Origin: a virus
DNA: 38,341 nucleotides
Direction: 5' to 3' (one strand)
UHGV virus genome: UHGV-0133281
The position numbers and the translations under genes were made by a program. The notes under the pieces were generated by a model that was given only the letters and a program-made list of their open reading frames with translations, did not search any database and had not been told where the DNA came from. Below are positions 27,201 through 34,863 of the stretch, piece by piece (position 1 is the first letter of the stretch; each line of letters opens with the position of its first letter).

Positions 27201-28983
27201 AGAAAACGCAAAAAAAATAGAACTTATTGCAGATGAAGCAAATGAGTTTGGCGAATTCTGGAATCAATTAATCTTAGATACGAAAACAGGTGAAGTCAAA
27301 ACAAATGCGCAAGAAGCAGTTAATGAAGCTGCAAGCTCTGAAAAAGGTTGGAATCAACTTATTTATGCTTCTAAAAACGCAGATTTAAAGAGTAATGCTA
27401 AGTTGATGATTGCAGAAGCTGCCATCGCTAATGGACGTTGGGAAAAAATGACGTTTACCGAACAACAAGCTTTGTTAGATAGTAACGTTACAAAAACAAT
27501 GACACAAGCATTGCAAGCAAAAGGCAGCTGGGGTAAATTGAATTTTGAAGAGAAAAAAGCTGTTCTTTATTCAAATACACCAGAAGTAATGGCTGAAACA
27601 ATGCTTAATTTAGGGTTGTGGAAAGACTATCAGCCACAAGTTAAAGAATTAAAAGCTAAAAATCAATCTTTTCTTGATGTGTTAAGTCAATCTCAAGATA
27701 AAATTGTACACTGGTCGCAAGTTCCAGTAGATATAAAGGAAATTCTTGGTGATAATTACGATTTACTCTCAAAAATATATGGATCAGAACAATCATATAA
27801 CCGTTGGAAAAATTTACCAGATACAGAGAAAAAACTTCTAGCTAATAATTCTGATGTACTACAAAAGATTATGACTTCTGATACTAGTTTAAAACAATGG
27901 AATGCCTTGCCAGCTGATCAGAAAAAAATGCTTGGAGACAATACCGACTTATTAACAAAAGTTATGGCATCGGAAGAAAGCTTTAACGCTTGGAAGGCGT
28001 TACCCGATCCAGTAAAAAAAATGTTAGGTAATAACGAAGATTTAAAAGCTAAGATAGCAGAAGGTAGTTTGAGTGTTGAAACTTACAATCAAGTTAAGCC
28101 ACTTCTAAAACAATTATTAGGAGATGCTTCCAATGTATCAAATCAATCACAGGTAGGTATTCAAAACTTAAATGCATTTAACGCGAACAATCCAGCACAG
28201 AAAATACTACGTGGAGATTCTTCAAATGCGCAAGCTGCAGCTCGACAAGGTGGCAATGCATTGAATACCTACAATGCCAACAATCCAGGAACGAAAAACC
28301 TGCGAGGAAATGCAGGTGGAGTTGTCGGTGCGGCTTCAAGTGGTAATAGTAGCTTAAATATTTTCGCAGCAAACAATCCAGTTGAAAAACTATTAAGGGC
28401 TAATGATCAAGCGAGTGGCCCAGCATCTCAAGCGAAAAATGCAGTAAGTGACTTTAATTCTGGCCCTTCGGTAATTACCAAAACTTTAAACGTAGTAGCT
28501 AATTTAGGTGCTGGCGTAGCAAAAATTTTAGGACTAGAAACAGGAACCAATAATCATATTGGTGGTCCGGCAATCGTCAATGACCAAAAAGGACGTACTT
28601 ATAAAGAATTGGTTATTCCAAAAGGCGGTGTTCCTTTCATTCCAGAAGGTAGAAATGTATTCTTACCAGATTTACCAAAAGGATCAAAAGTAATCAAAGC
28701 TTCAGAAACAAAGAAACTAATTCCTCATTATGAAAACGGCGTGGGAGTTCCGAGAAACTCTTCAGTTGTTAAAAATCTAATTGCTGTTCAAGATTCACAT
28801 GAATCGAATGACTTTAGCGAACTTGCTTCTCTAATGCGTGAAATGGTTTCTTACTTGAAAGATGGAAATATTAAAAACATGGAAGTAACACAATATATCA
28901 CAGGTGCTGACACGAAAACACCGAGAGAGACGGCGATGGAAACAAAACGCCAACTTCGTGACTTGGCTAGGGGGTTTAAATAG
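24235..28983 (+). CDS. Tape measure protein
   Basis: 1582 aa. Coiled-coil and helical repeats. Internal tandem repeats of about 33 aa, and NANNP..LRG repeats near the C-terminus. Confidence 0.9.
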   Translation: MSGGTPLGNMVIKLGLDSSDFGRGAANAKKEVRYLAKEMQANAKIADMAGNQMGKLGTRFDGLTKIIGAQEKQVAALKKAYDESFVDGKATESTKRLATQLQDANGKLANYRSQLIQTAGQMAEMQVKTTGATGAIYNASEKMISSGQKMEKVGGALTKGITLPILAGAAAVTTAAVKWESDFAGVKKTNDEVVDSTGKVVYSYKDLENGLRGLAKELPSSHTEIANVAEAAGQLGIKTKNVVGFTKTMIDLGESTNMSAEEAATALARLANITGMPQTEFDKLGSVIVDLGNNFATTESEITAMGLRLAGAGHQVGMSEAQIMGFAAALSSVGIEAEAGGSAFSKVMVEMQLAVENGANAFAGLESLSQQTGVSMEQVSSAVRNGGKELKNTADAMGLTSKELKTMHKEATDASGKLNDFAEVAGMSAEQFSKAFKEDASGAIIKFIEGLGKTKEHGQSAIAVLDDMGITEVRLRDSLLRAAGASDVFKSAVDRGTKAWGENTALTEEANKRYETTESQLKMLKNEAVDVGITFGGPLVKALRDALQATKPMIKMVTNLAESFSNADPKTQQTIVKLLAFAAVTGPVTSKVGTLTKTMGHLGKGFIDTMAAMSKKRAIEDVTKAFAEGSSVSLGFGKDIASSGSALGGLTAKIGGTTTQIGSLTKGFSLLNPWVLGATAAIGAGVAVWKLWGEEAWNSSQRTQRWGTDVGKATDEALTKFQGYSRGASGELDLLEKGVSGNTDTIANNFSKMGQSIEENMTKKIETLKGIVNKLPDDIKEAGDKLTKEEVLNQEKYLDVVKENNQKITQIKQEASNNNRKISYEEAIRIKSLAKESAEAYVNSLGKSETETKEILSAMTGNVAEASEDQAKTWLQSLGKQRQQSKIEYTKMQDDLKAKLVDAGYDLNSKYAKEMLSLLKESGDSATQITEDQMSTILAKYPELADQVFLANGQLISSMGEAGQAAVGQNKKMMDSFTDMAEKVSKTAGENAKKIELIADEANEFGEFWNQLILDTKTGEVKTNAQEAVNEAASSEKGWNQLIYASKNADLKSNAKLMIAEAAIANGRWEKMTFTEQQALLDSNVTKTMTQALQAKGSWGKLNFEEKKAVLYSNTPEVMAETMLNLGLWKDYQPQVKELKAKNQSFLDVLSQSQDKIVHWSQVPVDIKEILGDNYDLLSKIYGSEQSYNRWKNLPDTEKKLLANNSDVLQKIMTSDTSLKQWNALPADQKKMLGDNTDLLTKVMASEESFNAWKALPDPVKKMLGNNEDLKAKIAEGSLSVETYNQVKPLLKQLLGDASNVSNQSQVGIQNLNAFNANNPAQKILRGDSSNAQAAARQGGNALNTYNANNPGTKNLRGNAGGVVGAASSGNSSLNIFAANNPVEKLLRANDQASGPASQAKNAVSDFNSGPSVITKTLNVVANLGAGVAKILGLETGTNNHIGGPAIVNDQKGRTYKELVIPKGGVPFIPEGRNVFLPDLPKGSKVIKASETKKLIPHYENGVGVPRNSSVVKNLIAVQDSHESNDFSELASLMREMVSYLKDGNIKNMEVTQYITGADTKTPRETAMETKRQLRDLARGFK

Positions 28984-29882
28984 TGAAACTAGAATTAGTT
29001 TATACGAATCAAAATGGGGAGCAACTCGTTTTTAATGAGGAAGCTCCTTATTTTTTGCAAAATGTGGAAGGTTTAGAAGCACCAGAAAATGTCGTTCTAG
29101 CAGAAGAAGTATTTGGAGAAGATGGCGCAAAAGTTGTTGGAATCCGCTTAAGCACTCGGAAACCTTTGCTAGAAGGCACTTTAATTGGAAAAACAGAAGA
29201 AGAAATTTATCAGTTGCGCCGAGATATGATTCAAAAAATCGATCTAAAACAAACAGGTAAGCTAACGCTTAAAGTCTATGATAAGGAATATGAAACCGAC
29301 GTTCTACCAATTCAAGCGCCTAGCTTCAAGCTGTATGAAGATAATCCTTATAAGGTTGACGAATGGAACTTATTTTCTTTACAGTTTGAAGCATTTGATT
29401 CTTATTTCCGTGATGTGTCGTTTTATAACTCACTGGTTCCTTTGGCAACATTGAAGCCAACGCTTATTTTTCCAATGGTTTTTGTTCAAGGCGAGAAGCA
29501 TACGTTTGGTCGCTTTGAATCAGGGAATATTGAAAAGATTGTAAACAATGGAGATGTGCAGGTTGGAGCAGTTTTTCATATGAAATGTGTAACAACTGTG
29601 ACTGATCCGCAGATTTACGATGTGACAAAACAAACCTTCTTTGGATTTAAAGGAACCTTTGAACCTGGAACAAGATTCGAACTTTCAACGGTACGTGGAA
29701 AGTTGTATGCGAAAAAAATTGTTAATGGTGTAGAAACTAATGCTGTTCCAGAACGTATGGAGGGTAGTAGTTTCTTTCGATTATCTAAAGGAGATAACTA
29801 TTTACAACTAAAAGCGGCCAACAATTCTCAAAATGGAATTACATGTGAAATGCAATTTACACCATTAGTTAGCGGGGTGTAG
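28983..29882 (+). CDS. Distal tail protein (Dit)
   Basis: 299 aa directly after the TMP. Siphovirus tail-component family features. Confidence 0.7.
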   Translation: MKLELVYTNQNGEQLVFNEEAPYFLQNVEGLEAPENVVLAEEVFGEDGAKVVGIRLSTRKPLLEGTLIGKTEEEIYQLRRDMIQKIDLKQTGKLTLKVYDKEYETDVLPIQAPSFKLYEDNPYKVDEWNLFSLQFEAFDSYFRDVSFYNSLVPLATLKPTLIFPMVFVQGEKHTFGRFESGNIEKIVNNGDVQVGAVFHMKCVTTVTDPQIYDVTKQTFFGFKGTFEPGTRFELSTVRGKLYAKKIVNGVETNAVPERMEGSSFFRLSKGDNYLQLKAANNSQNGITCEMQFTPLVSGV

Positions 29883-29884
29883 CT

Positions 29885-31009
29885 ATGGATTTTATGCCAT
29901 TACCTTTTGTAGAGGTGTTTCGAAGAAAGTCTGGCTTTAATTATGAGTCAACGGCAGTTCTGGACATATGGAAATCAATGAGTGTCAAAGAAAATTTCAA
30001 GTCAGCCAATACTTTTGAAACGGTTGTTCTTTTAAAGTACATGCCAAAAGAATTAATGGACGAAGATACAGTGCTATTAATTAATAATTGCTTTTACTAC
30101 ATTGATTCTATTATTTGCGACGATTTGAGCAGTGGATTAATTACAATTTCTGGGAAGTCTCTTTTTGCAAAATCTGGTAAGAGAATTGTTTATCGAATTT
30201 ACAATCAAACAAAAAGACCAGAGCTGATTTGCTACGATCACTTACGGAACGAAGTGGTCTCTCCGTCAGATGCAAAAAGAAAAATAAGTTACTTATCTGT
30301 TGAACAACCGCCAGCAATTACTAATTCAAACATTAGTTATCAAAACAGTTATGGGAATGTTGAAGAAGAAATAGAGGGACTGTGTGAAAGTTACAATTTT
30401 GGTTTTGGCGAAATTCCTATCTCGAATGGGCGTATTGGCTCAACATCAAACGGCCAAGTTGGAACAACTATTCGTTTTAGAAAAAGTGAAGATGTTTCCA
30501 GTGTAGTTCAATTTAGTGCAGAGTTTGAAAATGTCACTAATGAATCATTAGAAAAGAACAACTATGATGAAGCGACTACAGCCCTTATTTATGGAGAAGG
30601 CGAAGGAAAAGCTCGGAAGCATACTCAAGTAAATAACAATTTGAGTGGCCTCGAACGAAAAGAAATATATGTCGATGCTCGTGACTTACAACAGACTGTT
30701 GATGATGTAAAAATGCCAGATGCACAATATATTGCCACATTGCAATCAAGAGGAAAAGAAAAATTAACTGAACAACCAAGAGTTTTGGCATTGAATGGGA
30801 CTATCAATTTGAATGATAGTCTTTTTGTTTATGGTCGAGATTATAAATTGGGGGATCGTGTAAAACGTATTTCTTCTTTTGGCTATTCAGATACAGTGGT
30901 TCTAAATTCTGTAACGCAAACATGGGATGAGAAGGGATACCATATTGACGGTGAATTTGGTAACCAAAGTAAAACAATTATTGATGTAATCAAGAGAAAA
31001 GGAAAGTAG
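29885..31009 (+). CDS. Tail-associated lysin or baseplate hub (Tal, Sipho Gp37-like N-terminal domain)
   Basis: 374 aa following Dit. Confidence 0.6.
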   Translation: MDFMPLPFVEVFRRKSGFNYESTAVLDIWKSMSVKENFKSANTFETVVLLKYMPKELMDEDTVLLINNCFYYIDSIICDDLSSGLITISGKSLFAKSGKRIVYRIYNQTKRPELICYDHLRNEVVSPSDAKRKISYLSVEQPPAITNSNISYQNSYGNVEEEIEGLCESYNFGFGEIPISNGRIGSTSNGQVGTTIRFRKSEDVSSVVQFSAEFENVTNESLEKNNYDEATTALIYGEGEGKARKHTQVNNNLSGLERKEIYVDARDLQQTVDDVKMPDAQYIATLQSRGKEKLTEQPRVLALNGTINLNDSLFVYGRDYKLGDRVKRISSFGYSDTVVLNSVTQTWDEKGYHIDGEFGNQSKTIIDVIKRKGK

Positions 31010-31019
31010 GTGGTTATTT

Positions 31020-32018
31020 TTGGCGGAATTAAGTTTATTTTATGATGCCGTTTTGCAAGATGATGGCACATACGATCGTGCTTATACATCGGCAGACTGG
31101 GCAAAATACTTTGAAAATATTTTTCGCAATGGAGTAATGATGTCAGTCGGTGAAGCATTAAGAGTGACTGCAGCTGATTCTGTTGGAATGAGAATTGTTG
31201 TAAAAGCAGGTTCAGCAAGCTTAAAAGGTTATCAATATATAAATACGTCTGCTTTTGCAGTACCTATTGACGTTGCTTCTTCAACACAAGATCGAACAGA
31301 TTCAATTGTTGTTCGTCATGATTTGAATGCTAGACAAGCTTATGTAGCAGTCAAAAAAGGCAATGTGACAGTCGAACGCACGCCAGATGTATTTGAAATT
31401 CAGCTGGCCACTGTCAGAGTACCGAGAAACAGCACAGCTATTACAGCAGATTTAATTACAGATAAGCGACCAGATGCAAAAGTTTGTGGCTATTCAACAC
31501 CGTTTGAGAATGTTTCAGTATCTGGAATGGAAAAGCAATACGAAGAAATGTTAAAACAAGTATTTAATCAATTTAAAATTTTAGCAGATGAAAAGAATAG
31601 AAAAATGGAACAGTCTTTAAATGATATGTCTGTTCTATTTAATGATTGGTTTAAGAATCTGAAAAACTTATTAGATGAGAACCAAGCAGCAAATTTACAA
31701 AACCAAATTAATGAATTAACAGCTAATATCGAGTTAGGAACGATTAACCATGAATTAAAAGGATTTCCTAGAGTTAGAGCTTTAACTTGGGATTATGGAG
31801 CAGGAGTTGCTCCAGTAGGCCAAGAACCAACAGGGGCAGGTGGAGGACCTCCAATTACAATTCCTGTAAATGTAGAGTATTTAAGTAGGAAATCTCTAAA
31901 AGTGAAGGTATCTATTGATTATGGATTAATCACCCCAAAATACCAAAGAATCGATGAATATCACCATAGATTTATTTCTGGTGTAAAAACAATAGAAATC
32001 ATTTTAGGAGGGTTTTAA
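31020..32018 (+). CDS. Putative receptor-binding or baseplate protein
   Basis: 332 aa with a central coiled coil and a Gly/Pro-rich linker (GAGVAPVGQEPTGAGGGPP). Located after Tal. Confidence 0.5.
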   Translation: MAELSLFYDAVLQDDGTYDRAYTSADWAKYFENIFRNGVMMSVGEALRVTAADSVGMRIVVKAGSASLKGYQYINTSAFAVPIDVASSTQDRTDSIVVRHDLNARQAYVAVKKGNVTVERTPDVFEIQLATVRVPRNSTAITADLITDKRPDAKVCGYSTPFENVSVSGMEKQYEEMLKQVFNQFKILADEKNRKMEQSLNDMSVLFNDWFKNLKNLLDENQAANLQNQINELTANIELGTINHELKGFPRVRALTWDYGAGVAPVGQEPTGAGGGPPITIPVNVEYLSRKSLKVKVSIDYGLITPKYQRIDEYHHRFISGVKTIEIILGGF

Positions 32019-32498
32019 TTGAGCAAGATAAAGAAGATTAATGAAGGCGATCCATTATGGCATGAACCTATCAATGAAAATTTTGAAGTTGTTGAACAGT
32101 TAATGCAAAATCAAAAAAGATATATCTATAAAAAATCAGGCCTAGATGAAGCGGAGGCGGCGTATAAAAGTGCTTTTGGAGAAGAAACGAATATTCTTCT
32201 TATTCGTGAAGGAAGTAAGGTCGATGCCTATTTACGGGTAAACGTGACGGATGCAGCAAAACTAAAGACAGCCATGGCTCTACTATTTAAAATTCCTGAA
32301 GGGTTTATGATTGATCAAGAAATGAGAGCAGGATATTGGAATACCGCATTAACAACTGTACAGTATACGTATCCTCAAGGTAATTATGGAGCGTTATACG
32401 AGGAGGGTACGAAGGGAATTAGATTTTGTAGCGACAGAAAAGGAAATCATTATGTTTGTGGTAGTTGGTACACTGCAGATGCTTTCCCAGAAACATAA
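32019..32498 (+). CDS. Hypothetical tail-associated protein (possible RBP head or accessory protein)
   Basis: 159 aa. Translationally coupled to the previous gene. Confidence 0.4.
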   Translation: MSKIKKINEGDPLWHEPINENFEVVEQLMQNQKRYIYKKSGLDEAEAAYKSAFGEETNILLIREGSKVDAYLRVNVTDAAKLKTAMALLFKIPEGFMIDQEMRAGYWNTALTTVQYTYPQGNYGALYEEGTKGIRFCSDRKGNHYVCGSWYTADAFPET

Positions 32499-32576
32499 AT
32501 GATAATGGAATAAATGAAAGATAAACCGTTTAGCGAAAGCTAAGCGGTTTTATTGTAAGTAGAAAGTAGGTGCAGG

Positions 32577-32795
32577 ATGAACTTAACAATAGAACAATGG
32601 TTAGCGCTAATTACATTTTTAGGCGGAATTATCTTCGCATTAATGAAATTTTATCATGTCTTCTCTCAATTAGAGGATAGCATGAAAGAACTAAAACAAG
32701 CTGTTGACCGATTAAATAACCATGAAGTGCGCATTAGTCGATTGGAAGAACAAAATAAAACTCTCTTTCGGGGAATTGGAGGAAACAAAAAATGA
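32577..32795 (+). CDS. Holin-like or holin-associated small membrane protein (N-terminal TM plus coiled coil)
   Basis: 72 aa. TM LALITFLGGIIFALM. Lies within the lysis cassette. Confidence 0.5.
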   Translation: MNLTIEQWLALITFLGGIIFALMKFYHVFSQLEDSMKELKQAVDRLNNHEVRISRLEEQNKTLFRGIGGNKK

Positions 32796-33025
32796 TAGAT
32801 TGGAAATCAAGAATAAAAAATAAACAATTCTGGTTGTCCCTAATTCCTGCAGTTTTGCTACTTATTCAAGTAGTCGCAGTACCTTTTGGGTATAAATTTC
32901 AAATTGATGTGATTAATCAGCAGCTGTTAGATGTCGTCAATGCAGTGTTTGCTGTATTAACTATTTTAGGAATTGTGACAGACCATACAACGCCTGGATT
33001 ATCAGATAGAAAAGGAGACAAATAG
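32792..33025 (+). CDS. Holin (phage_holin_1-like, two TM helices)
   Basis: 77 aa with two TM helices and a conserved DHTTPGLSD-like tail. Overlaps the previous stop (ATGA) and abuts the endolysin gene. Confidence 0.7.
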   Translation: MIDWKSRIKNKQFWLSLIPAVLLLIQVVAVPFGYKFQIDVINQQLLDVVNAVFAVLTILGIVTDHTTPGLSDRKGDK

Positions 33026-34327
33026 ATGAAAAAGAAAATTTTAGCAGGAGCGCTTGTCGCTCTGTTTTTTATGCCTACAGCTGTACTTGCCGCTAAAGGA
33101 GATCAAGGTGTGGATTGGGCGATTTATCAAGGCGAACAAGGCCGTTTTGGCTATGCACATGATAAATTCGCTATCGCTCAAATTGGTGGATACAATGCCA
33201 GCGGTATTTATGAACAATACACATATAAAACGCAAGTAGCAAGTGCTATTGCCCAAGGCAAACGTGCGCATACCTATATTTGGTATGACACTTGGGGAAA
33301 CATGGACATTGCAAAAACAACAATGGATTACTTTTTGCCACGTATTCAAACGCCTAAAAATTCCATCGTTGCATTAGATTTTGAACATGGAGCGTTGGCT
33401 AGTGTTCCAGATGGATATGGAGGATATGTAAGTTCAGATGCCGAAAAAGCAGCAAATACAGAGACAATTTTGTACGGTATGCGCAGAATCAAACAGGCTG
33501 GTTATACTCCAATGTATTACAGCTATAAGCCATTTACACTAAATCATGTAAACTATCAACAAATCATCAAAGAGTTTCCTAACTCTTTATGGATTGCTGC
33601 GTATCCTATCGATGGTGTGTCGCCATATCCATTGTATGCTTATTTCCCAAGCATGGATGGTATTGGCATTTGGCAATTCACATCCGCTTATATTGCAGGT
33701 GGTTTAGATGGTAACGTTGATTTAACAGGTATTACGGATAGTGGTTATACAGATACCAATAAGCCAGAAACGGACACGCCAGCAACAGATGCAGGTGAAG
33801 AAATCGAAAAAACACCTAATTCTGATGTTAAAGTCGGCGACACAGTTAAAGTGAAATTTAATGTAGATGCATGGGCAACTGGCGAAGCTATTCCGCAATG
33901 GGTAAAAGGCAATAGTTACAAAGTGCAAGAAGTAACTGGAAGTAGAGTATTGCTAGAGGGCATTTTGTCATGGATTAGCAAAGGTGATATTGAACTATTG
34001 CCAGATGCAACAGTTGTCCCTGATAAGCAACCAGAAGCAACCCATGTGGTACAATACGGTGAAACGTTATCCAGCATTGCTTACCAACATGGCACAGACT
34101 ATCAAACATTGGCGGCATTAAATGGATTGGCAAATCCAAATCTTATCTATTCTGGCCAAGCATTGAAAGTCAATGGATCAGCTACAGTCAATGTTTACAC
34201 GGTTCAATACGGTGATAATTTATCTAGCATTGCAGGTAAACTAGGCACGACTTATCAAACCTTAGCTTCCTTAAACGGATTAGCAAATCCTAACTTGATT
34301 TATCCTGGTCAAACATTGAACTATTGA
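33026..34327 (+). CDS. Endolysin with an N-terminal Sec-type signal peptide, a GH25-like muramidase domain, an SH3b-like domain and two C-terminal LysM repeats
   Basis: MKKKILAGALVALFFMPTAVLAAKGD signal peptide. Two LysM repeats (VVQYGETLSSIA...LNGLANPNLIYSGQAL and YTVQYGDNLSSIA...LNGLANPNLIYPGQTL). Confidence 0.8.
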   Translation: MKKKILAGALVALFFMPTAVLAAKGDQGVDWAIYQGEQGRFGYAHDKFAIAQIGGYNASGIYEQYTYKTQVASAIAQGKRAHTYIWYDTWGNMDIAKTTMDYFLPRIQTPKNSIVALDFEHGALASVPDGYGGYVSSDAEKAANTETILYGMRRIKQAGYTPMYYSYKPFTLNHVNYQQIIKEFPNSLWIAAYPIDGVSPYPLYAYFPSMDGIGIWQFTSAYIAGGLDGNVDLTGITDSGYTDTNKPETDTPATDAGEEIEKTPNSDVKVGDTVKVKFNVDAWATGEAIPQWVKGNSYKVQEVTGSRVLLEGILSWISKGDIELLPDATVVPDKQPEATHVVQYGETLSSIAYQHGTDYQTLAALNGLANPNLIYSGQALKVNGSATVNVYTVQYGDNLSSIAGKLGTTYQTLASLNGLANPNLIYPGQTLNY

Positions 34328-34354
34328 TGTTTTTGTAAAACCAGTTGAAATTTA

Positions 34355-34388
34355 GAGGTACCTCATTTACGATGGAGTTACCTTTTTA
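34355..34388 (+). terminator. Terminator after the endolysin gene
   Basis: GAGGTA...TACCT stem followed by TTTTTAT. Confidence 0.45.
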
Positions 34389-34420
34389 TATTATGACTCT
34401 TTTCGATTTAGAAAAGAGGT

Positions 34421-34464
34421 GCTCCTATCTTATGCAAAGTCATTAGATAGGAGCGTTTTAATTT
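34421..34464 (+). terminator. Second hairpin after the endolysin gene (10-bp perfect stem GCTCCTATCT/AGATAGGAGC, 14-nt loop, T-rich tail)
   Basis: Read directly from the sequence. Confidence 0.5.
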
Positions 34465-34863
34465 CATGTATATGTTGCTTAGGTTTAATGCTATCTTATT
34501 ATATAAAGAAAACACCTACCAAATATGCACAATACTTCCCCGAGTTGTGTATGTTTAGTAGGTGTTTTTAATATGGTAGAATATCTTTATCAAACAATTT
34601 TATTTTCATTTTTTATTATCTCTTGCTGCCCCTTCCGAATTAGGTGAATTTTTTTACATAAAATATTGTAAATGTAACGTATTAGAAAATCGAACAAGTA
34701 TTTATATTCAAGTTGTAGCGAATGATGGAAATCTATTAATACATGAGGGAATGGATATTAAGAATAAACTGTTTCGAAATTTACTTACTCTAAGGGAGAG
34801 TTCATAAAAAACTTGTATTAAAATAGTTAATTTGGTTTAATTATATTAATAAAAAGATTTGGA

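Noticed and set aside
24668-28372. Minus-strand ORFs inside the tape measure gene (24668-24913, 24897-25082, 25197-25769, 25875-26207, 28178-28372)
   Set aside because: Antisense to a 1582-aa continuous ORF. Ala/Ser/Pro-rich mirror composition.
24235-28983. Possibility that the tape-measure tandem repeats are a CRISPR array or a mobile element
   Set aside because: The repeats are in-frame, imperfect, protein-coding units inside one long ORF. There is no repeat-spacer architecture and there are no cas genes.
30585-31218. Minus-strand ORFs within the Tal and RBP genes
   Set aside because: Antisense shadow ORFs.
33041-33928. ORFs 33041-33349(-), 33054-33239(+) and 33722-33928(-) inside the endolysin gene
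   Set aside because: Antisense or alternative frame within a strongly supported endolysin ORF.
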